Assembly (NCBI GenBank): GCA_041686025.1
Contig: JAWLEP010000043.1
Location: 1-20,415, forward strand
Length of the DNA: 20,415 nt
Direction: 5' to 3'
Source of the DNA: Candidatus Fermentibacteraceae bacterium
Lineage (GTDB): Bacteria; Fermentibacterota; Fermentibacteria; Fermentibacterales; JCC-6
Translations under genes and position numbers: made by a program
The notes under the pieces: model-generated
What the model saw: only the letters and a program-made list of their open reading frames with translations
Databases searched by the model: none
What the model was told of the DNA's origin: nothing
Shown: positions 1 through 7,610 of the stretch, in pieces
How the letters are laid out: every line of letters starts with the position of its first letter
Numbering within the stretch: the first letter of the stretch is position 1

Positions 1-64
1 GCCTATATTATTCGGCAATGCCGCGTCAGGGCTGGCGGCAATACAACCGTAAGGAGGAGAACGT

Positions 65-1144
65 ATGAGACTTGCACTTGCAGCAGTCGCTGTAGTGGCA
101 CTGGTCGCCTTCGCAGGCGGCGAGTTCGCCACCGGAGGAAGCGACCTCATGAAGTTCAAGGGCTACGGAATGGCCACCCTGAACATGTGGGGCGAGGAGG
201 ACGCCAACCCCGCCATGAGCTTCGAAGGGTACGCCAGGTTCCAGTGGCTGCCCCAGGTGAACGACTGGATCAACGCCAAGGTCGACTGGGACGTCAGCAC
301 AAACGAGGGATACCTGGAGCTCAACGACGCCTGGCTGAACCTGGACCTCACCGAGAACTTCGCCGTCATGGCGGGCCAGTTCAAGAGGCCCTGGGGCTAC
401 GCCTACACCCGCTCCAGCTCCAGCATGTACTTCCTGGACCGCTCCATCATCACCGAGGCGACGGCATACCCCGGTGGCGAGGGAGAGCCCATGGACGCCT
501 TCGGCTGGTTCGGCGGCTACGACGTGGGCATGAACGTGCGCGGCGACTTCGACGTGGTTGCCATCGACCTGGCCGTCCAGAACGGCACCGGCGGCAACGC
601 CGACGCCATGGATGACAACCTCATCGACAAGCAGGTCACCGTCCGCGCCGAGGCCATGCCCAACGAGTGGGCCACCATCGGCGTGGCCTACGGAATGGCC
701 AACCGCGAGACCACCGACATGGAGGACACCTACAGCGCCGGCGGAATCGACGCCTACGGCGTGGTTGAGTATCCCATGAGCGAGACCGGTACGCTGCTGT
801 TCACCGGCGAGTACCTGATGCTCCCCTACCTCGGTGCCGAGGTAGAGGGACAGGAGGCCCAGGACGGCATGGCCTACAGCGCCATGCTGGGCGGCATGTT
901 CGAGGTGGACCTGGGCAGAATCACGGCCCTTACGCCGGCGGTCCGCTACGACCAGGTCGACCCGGCCTGGTACGATGAGATGGACCCGGAACCGGAGGAC
1001 AACTTCGGCGCCATCGACTTCTGCCTCAACGTCCACACCGGTCCCATGAACACCCTTCAGCTGGGTGCCCGCAACTACACCTTCGAGAACGAGGATGCTG
1101 ACGGGTGGACCGACATCTACGCCAACTGGAGGATGACCTTCTAG
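65..1144 (+). CDS. Outer-membrane porin, phosphate-selective porin OprO/OprP-like (359 aa)
   Basis: SD AAGGAGGA at 51-58. N-terminal signal peptide MRLALAAVAVVALVAFA. Segment LELNDAWLNLDLTENFAVMAGQFKRPWG resembles the Porin_O_P 'l.DAy...GQFK.Pf' pattern. Alternating amphipathic strands and C-terminal beta-signal YANWRMTF. Very D/E-rich. Confidence 0.75.
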   Translation: MRLALAAVAVVALVAFAGGEFATGGSDLMKFKGYGMATLNMWGEEDANPAMSFEGYARFQWLPQVNDWINAKVDWDVSTNEGYLELNDAWLNLDLTENFAVMAGQFKRPWGYAYTRSSSSMYFLDRSIITEATAYPGGEGEPMDAFGWFGGYDVGMNVRGDFDVVAIDLAVQNGTGGNADAMDDNLIDKQVTVRAEAMPNEWATIGVAYGMANRETTDMEDTYSAGGIDAYGVVEYPMSETGTLLFTGEYLMLPYLGAEVEGQEAQDGMAYSAMLGGMFEVDLGRITALTPAVRYDQVDPAWYDEMDPEPEDNFGAIDFCLNVHTGPMNTLQLGARNYTFENEDADGWTDIYANWRMTF

Positions 1145-1165
1145 ACAGCCCGAAGAAGGCAACTG

Positions 1166-1196
1166 GGGGCCCGGCGCTGCCGGGCCCCTTTTTCTT
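1166..1196 (+). terminator. Rho-independent terminator of the porin gene
   Basis: Perfect 10-bp stem GGGGCCCGGC (1166-1175) / GCCGGGCCCC (1179-1188), loop GCT, followed by TTTTTCTT, 21 nt after the stop codon. Confidence 0.9.
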
Positions 1197-1211
1197 GCCC
1201 CTGGAGGTTGC

Positions 1212-1475
1212 ATGCCCGCGATGCGAATGCTGGCCGCCAGAGCCCGGTGCCCCGACTGCGGCTGGACGGTGGTGCTGAAGCAGCGGATACCGGACGTGGT
1301 CACCGAGTGGGACCCGGAGCGGGACTACTTCGACTACGCCAGGGAGTGCCCCGCCTGCGGCTCTGCGCGGGTGGAGATATCCCGGCCCTCCATGTGGGAG
1401 CGGATGAGCCCGGCGGAGGGGGTGCGGCGGATGCTGCACCGTCTGCGGGGCACCTATCCCACGCCGCCCGAATAG
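1212..1475 (+). CDS. Small zinc-ribbon protein of unknown function (87 aa)
   Basis: SD GGAGG at 1203-1207. Two CxxC motifs (CPDCG, CPACGS). Fills the gap between the terminator and the convergent lipoprotein gene. Confidence 0.7.
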   Translation: MPAMRMLAARARCPDCGWTVVLKQRIPDVVTEWDPERDYFDYARECPACGSARVEISRPSMWERMSPAEGVRRMLHRLRGTYPTPPE

Positions 1476-1484
1476 CCTTAGACG

Positions 1485-2597
1485 CTACTCCGCGAGCTCC
1501 AGCCTTATCAGCCTCGGGTAGTCCTCCGGGTTGGGATTGAAGTGTACAAATCCCCCTGGAGAGACGCTTATCCTGCCGTCGGCCAGTGAGCTGTCGGCCA
1601 CCGCGACGAAGAGCAGATCACCGCTTCGGGGGTCGTAGACCTCGAACGTCGGCCTGAAGGGCCGGCTGCCCAGCTCGATCCACAGCCTCCCCCGGGAGTC
1701 CGCCGCCACCTGCTCGATGGCGTTGCGCCAGGGAACGACATCCTCGGTGGCCCGGGCCTCGGTGGTGCTGCCGCCCTCGCCGTCGCGGCTCACCGATATG
1801 GACATGCCGCCGCCCTCCATCTCCCGGGGCGTCTTCTCCATGCGCTCCCATGGCCTCTCCACGGCTCTCAGCAGATTCCCGTCGGCGTCGTAGACCTCCA
1901 CCAGGAAGCGGTCCACCGACTGGTATCCCACGAAGACCAGGCTGTCGGAGGCGGCCACTGTCAGCTCCTCCACGGGGTCTTCGGGGTCCGGCTCCATCGT
2001 GGCCGGCTGCTGAATGGACGTCAGGACCCTCTCCGGGCCTGTGGAGTCGGGCGACCATATCCCCGCCCTGGAGTAGACTGCCGGCCGCTCACCCTCCAGG
2101 TCCACGCTGATGTCGCTGGCCACGAAATGGCTGTCATGAAAGCCGGTGAGGAACATGGGCGGCGTGGGGAAGAAGCCCTCCAGGGAGCTCCTGTACTCAA
2201 GGGCGGGGTCGTAGAAGGTCAGCCGGCCGCTCTGCAGGTCGTTGACCACCACGCTCCCGTCGCCCAGCACCGCGAAGTCCATGGGGAGCTGCAGCTCCCC
2301 CGGGCCGCTGCCCCGTCCCCCGGCGAAGCCCAGGAAATCCCCGTCTCCGTCGAAGGCGGAGAGCCGGCAGAGCTGGGGGTCCAGTGCAAGCAGGCGTCCG
2401 CCTCGGTCCACCTCCGCCGCCAGCATCATGCCGAATACGTAGTTGCTGTCCCCGACGTCGACCCCGATGGTGTCCATGGGCACGATGTGGAGCGTATCCG
2501 GTGCGGCTTCGGCCGCCGGGTCCGGCTGGCCGCCGGAACCTCCGCAGGCTGTCAGGAATAGAGTCAGTGTGAAAACGGGCGGCAACACGAATCTCAA
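1485..2597 (-). CDS. 6-bladed beta-propeller (NHL-like) lipoprotein (370 aa)
   Basis: Start moved from 2687 to TTG at 2597, with SD GAGGAG 7 nt upstream. Signal peptide with lipobox LFLTAC-GG. NHL-type motif GGRGSGPGELQLPMDFAV and blade motifs DRGGRLLALD and DSRGRLWI. Confidence 0.8.
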   Translation of the reverse strand: MRFVLPPVFTLTLFLTACGGSGGQPDPAAEAAPDTLHIVPMDTIGVDVGDSNYVFGMMLAAEVDRGGRLLALDPQLCRLSAFDGDGDFLGFAGGRGSGPGELQLPMDFAVLGDGSVVVNDLQSGRLTFYDPALEYRSSLEGFFPTPPMFLTGFHDSHFVASDISVDLEGERPAVYSRAGIWSPDSTGPERVLTSIQQPATMEPDPEDPVEELTVAASDSLVFVGYQSVDRFLVEVYDADGNLLRAVERPWERMEKTPREMEGGGMSISVSRDGEGGSTTEARATEDVVPWRNAIEQVAADSRGRLWIELGSRPFRPTFEVYDPRSGDLLFVAVADSSLADGRISVSPGGFVHFNPNPEDYPRLIRLELAE

Positions 2598-2740
2598 GGC
2601 ATCGCTCCTCTGCTGTTGTGACCCTCCGAATGGTCTACCTCTCCTCCCCCGGCGGGTTCCACCCGAAGACGCGGGTGAGGTTGCCACGGGCAGGTGCCCC
2701 CATCATCTTCGGCTGAACCGAGCAGTTGAAAGGATAATGG

Positions 2741-3331
2741 ATGCTGCAGCTTTTGATAATCACCGCGGCGGTCCTGGCTCCCGGGGACCTGGTCCTCAGC
2801 GAGCTGATGTACGACCCCGACGGGGCCACCCTGGGCGACGATGACGACATGGAGTGGATAGAGCTCTACAACGCGTCGGGGGAGACCCAAAGCCTCCATG
2901 GGATGACGCTGGAGGACCCCAACAACATGCTCATACTGCAGGGCTATCTCCTGGGGCCGGGCGAGTTCGCGGTGGTGGCCGCGAACGCCGAGGAGTTCGA
3001 GGCGGTCTACGGAGAAGGCGTGCCCCTGGTGGGCTGGAGCGGCAGCTGGACCAAGATGAGCAACAGCGGAGACATAATCGTCCTGCGTGACGCCGAGGGC
3101 GTTCTCATGGACAGCGTGGCCTACTCCGACGAGTGGGGTACGCCGGAGGGTGCCGACAGCAGCCCCGCCGACGGCGACGGCTCCAGCCTGGAAAAGATCG
3201 ACCTGACCGGGGGAAGCGGCCGCGAGAACTGGTGGCCCTCAATCGACTGGGCCAATCCCACGGCCGGTGGGGACGCCGATCCGGTCTGCTGGGGCACGCC
3301 GGGGGCGCCGAACAGCGTCTCCGACCGCTAG
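2741..3331 (+). CDS. Secreted lamin tail domain (LTD) protein (196 aa)
   Basis: SD-like AAGGA upstream. Short hydrophobic N-terminus. Classic bacterial LTD motifs VLSELMYDP, EWIELYN, LGPGEFAVV, SNSGDIIVLRD...DSVAY, DGDGSSLE and terminal GTPGAPNS. Confidence 0.85.
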   Translation: MLQLLIITAAVLAPGDLVLSELMYDPDGATLGDDDDMEWIELYNASGETQSLHGMTLEDPNNMLILQGYLLGPGEFAVVAANAEEFEAVYGEGVPLVGWSGSWTKMSNSGDIIVLRDAEGVLMDSVAYSDEWGTPEGADSSPADGDGSSLEKIDLTGGSGRENWWPSIDWANPTAGGDADPVCWGTPGAPNSVSDR

Positions 3332-3334
3332 GGG

Positions 3335-4027
3335 CTAGTAGGCCACGTCCTCGGTGGAGGCAACCATGTTTATGGAGTCCACCCCGTGCACCGCCTCCAG
3401 GCGGGCTATCAGATCGGAGTGGGTGGCTCCCTTCTCCAGGGTGATGTCGTAGCTGAGGGTAAGGTACCTTCCCCTCTCACCGGGCTCTATGTGCACCAGG
3501 GTGCTGCTGCGGGTGAGGTCGGAGATGGCCCTGACGTAGCCCTCCTCGTCGCCCTTCGTCCTGTCGAAGCGGAAGCGGAGTATGTACTCCGACCGCCGGA
3601 TGGCGCCGTAGTTGGTCTTGGCCAGCATCAGCGCTATGGCGGAGATGAACGGGGTGGAGAAGCCCGCCAGCAGGTAGTTGCCGGTACCGGAGGCGATGCC
3701 CTCGGTAAGCGCGAAGAATATGAAGGCCGTGTCCCGGGTGTCCTTCACCACGGTCCGGAAGCGGACGATGGTCAGCGCGCCCACCAGGGCGAAGGCCCGG
3801 GCCAGGTTGCTTCCTATCACCATCATCACCGCCCCCACCGTAACTGCCATCAGCACAAGCGTCACCACGAAGGACTGCGAGTAGGAGAGGCCGCGGTGCG
3901 ACTTGCGGTAGACCCATCCGATTACCAGGCCGCAGATCAGCGCCAGTACCAGGTTGATCACTATGGACAAGGGGCTGTACCCCGTGTCGGGGTGCGTCTG
4001 CGCGAACCACTCGGTCAGCTCCGACAA
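3335..4027 (-). CDS. DUF4956 family membrane protein (230 aa)
   Basis: TTG start with GAGAGGGG upstream. Family-typical motifs YSQSFVVTL, IGSNLARAFALVGALTIVRFRTVVKDTRD and FIFFAL. Several TM helices followed by a soluble ACT-like C-terminal domain. Overlaps the VTC gene by 13 nt. Confidence 0.9.
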   Translation of the reverse strand: MSELTEWFAQTHPDTGYSPLSIVINLVLALICGLVIGWVYRKSHRGLSYSQSFVVTLVLMAVTVGAVMMVIGSNLARAFALVGALTIVRFRTVVKDTRDTAFIFFALTEGIASGTGNYLLAGFSTPFISAIALMLAKTNYGAIRRSEYILRFRFDRTKGDEEGYVRAISDLTRSSTLVHIEPGERGRYLTLSYDITLEKGATHSDLIARLEAVHGVDSINMVASTEDVAY

Positions 4028-4806
4028 ATGACGCCCCTCTCCATGAATCTGTCCAGCGCTCCGGCCGGGTCGTCGATGTAGACCCTCTCTGTGGCCTCGG
4101 AGAACTTGGAGAAGGACCTCCTGCGCAGCTGCAAGTCCTGGATCAGCCGGTGGAACCAGGCCGGCAGGCGGTATCGGAACTTGATCTCAAGCACGGAGAA
4201 CGATGAGGCCAGATCTTGTGGCCTGCCGGTCGGGAGACCGGATTGGCCGCAGCGTCGGGCGATTATCCCGGTATCCAGCGTAGCGCGGAAATCGGGGTCC
4301 GCCCGGTGCTGGAATGCCGTGCGCCGGTATTCAACGACTACGCTGGGGGACAGCCCCCGCCGGAAGAGGTCGAAGAGGAAGCTGTCCGCCACCCCGTTGG
4401 CTCCGGGGCTGGACGCCACCAGGTCGGCGATGGCCGACCTGCCCGCCGACAGAGCCGGCGCAACCCCTTCCGCCTCCAGGGGCATGCGGTGCTTGTAGAC
4501 CAGCATGTCGTCCTTGCCCTTCAGCTCCATGAAGAGGGGGTCGCGAAACCTGTCCGACTCGCTGTACATCCGCAGCCGGAACTTGTGACGGCGCCGGTGG
4601 CCGTGAATCTTCTCGCGGTGGCAGACCAGGCCGGCGGAATCGAAGTAGTGGCTGCGGACGTAGTAGTAGCCCTGCGAGGAGGAGTGCACGTCCCGTTCCA
4701 TCCTCCGCTCCAGCTCGGCCAGCACCCTCTCCTCCTCGAAGGGCCTCAGCAGGTACTTGAACTCGTAGCGGTGGAAGTGCAGGCGCGGGAACTCGCCGGA
4801 GCCCAT
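4015..4806 (-). CDS. VTC-domain (polyphosphate polymerase domain, CYTH-like tunnel fold) protein (263 aa)
   Basis: Motifs RYEFKYLL, YYVRSHYFDS, EKIHG..RRHKFRLRMY, FMELKGK, VEYRRTAF, RATLD, VLEIKF and FSKF match bacterial VTC proteins. Canonical adjacency to DUF4956. Confidence 0.9.
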   Translation of the reverse strand: MGSGEFPRLHFHRYEFKYLLRPFEEERVLAELERRMERDVHSSSQGYYYVRSHYFDSAGLVCHREKIHGHRRRHKFRLRMYSESDRFRDPLFMELKGKDDMLVYKHRMPLEAEGVAPALSAGRSAIADLVASSPGANGVADSFLFDLFRRGLSPSVVVEYRRTAFQHRADPDFRATLDTGIIARRCGQSGLPTGRPQDLASSFSVLEIKFRYRLPAWFHRLIQDLQLRRRSFSKFSEATERVYIDDPAGALDRFMERGVICRS

Positions 4807-5849
4807 CAGAACTCCGCCCCCAGCTCCAGGATGATGTCCGTGTACTCCTCGTCGGCGCCGACGTCGAAGCTGTGGGTCATCCCCGCCATCCTTATCCGCC
4901 AGGTGTCCGCCGGCCAGATTGTGACCGCCGGTGTAAGCAGCCGGTGGTAGCCGCTGCCGTCTCCGGTGTCCAGCGTCTCGTACCCCACAGCCAGATCTAT
5001 TCGCTCCACGCGGCCGCCGGAGCTGGGGTACCAGGTGAGCCTTCCCCTGGCCCAGATATCCTTCATGATCGGGGCCTCGGCCCCCTCCAGCACCTCCGCC
5101 TCCAGCCAGTTGTCCGCCTCCAGGTACTCCGCGGTCAGCCCGGCCTCCACCCGGTTGCTCAGCGGCCTGCTCAAACGGGCGTCGACCCCCCAGGCCATCT
5201 GCGGGTCGGAGCTTTCGTAGCCCTCCACAGACTGCGGGTCCTCCTGGCCCAGCCTGAGCCGGGAGCCGCTCAGTCCCAGGGTTACGTTGCCGGGAATCTC
5301 CGCCTCGGCTCTGGCCGTGTACTGGAGCTCGCGGTCCTCGGGCTCCGGTTCGGGCGGGCCGCCGTTGGAGACGCAGAGCATCAGCTCAGCGGGTCCGTAG
5401 GGGCTGATGGAGAGCATGGCCCCCAGGTCGCGGCCGGCGTAGTACAGGTCCGACAGCTCCCCGTGCCCCAGACTGTGCTCGGGGGAGTAGAGATCCCAGG
5501 CCCCGTTGAGGGTATTCAGGCAGAAAGGCACCTTGAACAGGCCCAGGGTAAGCCCGACCCTGTCCGCAGGCTCCCACTCGGCGTAGCAGTCCTTGAGATA
5601 GATCTCGTCGGTACGGGTCTCCACCTGCAGCTGTCCGCCCAGGTTGGAGGAGAGGGCGAAGTCGGTCTTCAGGCCCGCACGCCTCAGCTCGAAGGCGTCG
5701 TCGGGTATGGAGCCCTCCTGTCCGTAGACCCCGTAACGCAGGTAGACATAACCTTCCAGGTCCAGGTCCAGGGCGTTGTCAGTGGTCACGTCGGTCCGGG
5801 CCGCGGCGGAGGCCGCCAGCAGAGCAAGCAGTGCAGCGCAAAGTCTCAT
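4806..5849 (-). CDS. Outer-membrane porin, OprO/OprP-like (347 aa)
   Basis: SD GGGGAG. Signal peptide MRLCAALLALLAASAAA. Motifs FELRRAGL, YLKDCYAEW...LGLFKVPF and GRDLGAML. C-terminal ILELGAEF beta-signal. Stop overlaps the VTC start (TGATG). Confidence 0.8.
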   Translation of the reverse strand: MRLCAALLALLAASAAARTDVTTDNALDLDLEGYVYLRYGVYGQEGSIPDDAFELRRAGLKTDFALSSNLGGQLQVETRTDEIYLKDCYAEWEPADRVGLTLGLFKVPFCLNTLNGAWDLYSPEHSLGHGELSDLYYAGRDLGAMLSISPYGPAELMLCVSNGGPPEPEPEDRELQYTARAEAEIPGNVTLGLSGSRLRLGQEDPQSVEGYESSDPQMAWGVDARLSRPLSNRVEAGLTAEYLEADNWLEAEVLEGAEAPIMKDIWARGRLTWYPSSGGRVERIDLAVGYETLDTGDGSGYHRLLTPAVTIWPADTWRIRMAGMTHSFDVGADEEYTDIILELGAEF

Positions 5850-5911
5850 CCGATCTCCCCCGACCCGTTAGTCCGTTCACCGTCGAACTTGTCCGATAAC
5901 CGTTGCTGTCT

Positions 5912-5941
5912 AAACTATGCAGGAGTCGCGCCCAGGTGCAA
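5912..5941 (-). promoter_or_regulatory. Possible sigma70-type promoter of the porin-VTC-DUF4956 operon
   Basis: Minus strand TTGCAC (5941-5936), 18-nt spacer, TAGTTT (5917-5912), about 60 nt upstream of the porin start. Moderate match only. Confidence 0.35.
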
Positions 5942-6039
5942 CCTGGGTCCCATGGAGGTCGTTTCTCCAGAAGCCGCCTGCAGGGGCGGAGGATAAGGCA
6001 CGCAGGGCTGGAGGGTCAAGCATCGGCCACAGCCGGCGG

Positions 6040-6351
6040 TCAGAGACTGAACTCGATCTCCCAGGAGATGCAGAACTCGCCGTAGCGGTAGTCGGGACGG
6101 AGGTTCCAGAGCTCTATATCCCTCAGCTTCTCCCGGATGGGGCGGGCCAGCTCCATAAGTCCGGACAGGAGGGGATGGAAGCTGCGGAGCTTCGAGGTTC
6201 TCTCTACGGGCATTCCCGGGAACAGGATCGGTTCCGGCCCCTCGCTCTCATCGGCCTGGTCCGGTGCGGCCGGGGGACCGCCGACACCGCTGTCCAGACC
6301 CAGGTCGGGGGCGGCCGGAACCAGCAGAAGAAGGGTGAGAATGGAGATCAT
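6040..6351 (-). CDS. Small secreted hypothetical protein (103 aa)
   Basis: Start moved to ATG 6351 (SD AAAGGA). Hydrophobic N-terminus MISILTLLLLVPA, Pro/acidic linker, C-terminal strand-like FCISWEIEFSL. TATAAT on the same strand 46 nt upstream. Confidence 0.6.
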   Translation of the reverse strand: MISILTLLLLVPAAPDLGLDSGVGGPPAAPDQADESEGPEPILFPGMPVERTSKLRSFHPLLSGLMELARPIREKLRDIELWNLRPDYRYGEFCISWEIEFSL

Positions 6352-6396
6352 CGGGTCCTTTCGGGGAGGGCTTCGATGCGTCCGTTCCGTCCAACA

Positions 6397-6404
6397 ATTA
6401 TAGT
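6397..6404. promoter_or_regulatory. Overlapping divergent -10 boxes
   Basis: ATTATAGT gives TATAAT on the minus strand (6402-6397) and TATAGT on the plus strand (6399-6404). It is an AT-rich patch midway between divergent starts 6351 and 6454. Confidence 0.5.
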
Positions 6405-6453
6405 ACATTCCCGTAGAGGTGGTTCCAGAGGAGAGCGCCCGAGAGGAGGGGCC

Positions 6454-7491
6454 ATGACCGAGCAGGCCAGGATGCACGAGCAGAGCTGCGACAACTGCGG
6501 CGCACCGCTTTCATACGTGGAGGGCGAGGCGGTGATCACCTGCGAGTACTGCGGCACCACCAACATGATCGCGGACTCCGATCACATAGTGCGGGTTGAG
6601 TCTCACTACCTCAAGCCTCCGCAGTTGGACGCCGAGGGCGCCATCGGGGTGGCCCGGGAATGGCTGAAGAAGGGGTTCCACAAGTCATCGAAGCTGGCCG
6701 GGAAGGCCGGCTTCGGAAAGACGGAGGGCCTCGTGCTCCCCTACTGGATCGTGCGCTGCCGGGCACAGACCTACTGGCGCGGGCAGAAGAAGAAGACGCG
6801 TACGGTGGGCACCGGAGACGACAAGAAGACCATCACCGAGTGGGAGCCGGTGAGCGGCCAGTTCAGCGAGGAGTACACCTGGCCGATATACGCCCGCGAG
6901 AACCGCGAGGAGTTCTGGGGCATAGGCAGGCTCAAGCCCGGCGCGAAGTACACTTTCCCCGACTGGGGCAGGTTCGTTCTGCGTTTCGGGGGCTCGAAGC
7001 GCTCTCCCAACCTGAACCTTCTCGAGGGCGCCGACACCCTGGACATCAAGAAGGTCGAAGAGATGAAGATGGTGAACGGACAGGTGGTCCAGGAGCGGGC
7101 GGAGCGCCATGCCCGCAACGAGATAGAGCGCATGCACGCCGACAGGGCCGAGAAGAAGGCCACCAGGATCACCGACTGCGACACCACCGTGGACATCTCC
7201 GGGACCGATCTGGTCTACATCCCGGTCTGGGAGCTGGAGTACTCCGCCGCAGGCAGCTACCGGGTGCTGGTGGACGCCCACGGCAAGCGGGTGGTGGCGG
7301 GGGAGTATCCGGTGGGCAAGTGGCCCAAGGCCGTGATATGGGACGTGACCAACCTGCTTCTGGGGGGCGTATTCGCGGCGCTGGCGGCGGCTGCGAACAT
7401 GTCCTGGGCCTGGTACGTGGCCGGAGCATTCGGGGTCTCCGCCCTGGCCTACACGCTGTGGACGGCTTTCGGAGGCGGATCCAACGGCTGA
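6454..7491 (+). CDS. Zinc-ribbon domain membrane protein of unknown function (345 aa)
   Basis: Start moved from 5917 to ATG 6454 (SD AGGAGG). N-terminal CDNCGAPL...CEYCGT ribbon. Conserved-looking LPYW, YIPVW and VDAHG.....GEYP segments. Two C-terminal TM helices. Confidence 0.8.
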   Translation: MTEQARMHEQSCDNCGAPLSYVEGEAVITCEYCGTTNMIADSDHIVRVESHYLKPPQLDAEGAIGVAREWLKKGFHKSSKLAGKAGFGKTEGLVLPYWIVRCRAQTYWRGQKKKTRTVGTGDDKKTITEWEPVSGQFSEEYTWPIYARENREEFWGIGRLKPGAKYTFPDWGRFVLRFGGSKRSPNLNLLEGADTLDIKKVEEMKMVNGQVVQERAERHARNEIERMHADRAEKKATRITDCDTTVDISGTDLVYIPVWELEYSAAGSYRVLVDAHGKRVVAGEYPVGKWPKAVIWDVTNLLLGGVFAALAAAANMSWAWYVAGAFGVSALAYTLWTAFGGGSNG

Positions 7492-7581
7492 AACTCCGGA
7501 CCGATTCCAGAGTAGACAATCGGGGAGGGATCCGTACATTGGCAGCATGAACTGGAGATTATGATCATTAAATCATCGAAT

Positions 7582-7610
7582 TTGCGGCACCGCGCAGAGT
7601 ATGCTATGTT
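7582..7610 (+). promoter_or_regulatory. Sigma70-type promoter of the RND operon
   Basis: TTGCGG (7582-7587), 17-nt spacer, TATGTT (7605-7610) with an extended -10 TG at 7602-7603. Lies in an AT-rich intergenic stretch. SD AAGGAGG precedes the GTG at 7643. Confidence 0.55.

Noticed and set aside
26..1303. Antisense 425-aa ORF, and similar ones at 4872-5996, 16480-18000 and 18988-20382
   Set aside because: Each lies opposite a well-supported gene and has typical shadow-ORF composition.
2598..2740. Possible riboswitch or structured ncRNA in the divergent intergenic region (several short hairpins, e.g. CACCCG/CGGGTG)
   Set aside because: Stems are only 4-6 bp in GC-rich DNA, and I could not match cobalamin, TPP, SAM, glycine, c-di-GMP or fluoride consensus motifs. 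An Infernal/Rfam scan would settle it.
5850..6039. Pho box upstream of the porin-VTC operon
   Set aside because: No 11-nt-period CTGTCAT-like direct repeats are visible, so phosphate regulation cannot be supported from the sequence.
5917..6453. 179-aa N-terminal extension of the Zn-ribbon protein
   Set aside because: It overlaps the opposite-strand small gene and the divergent promoter. A strong SD supports ATG 6454.
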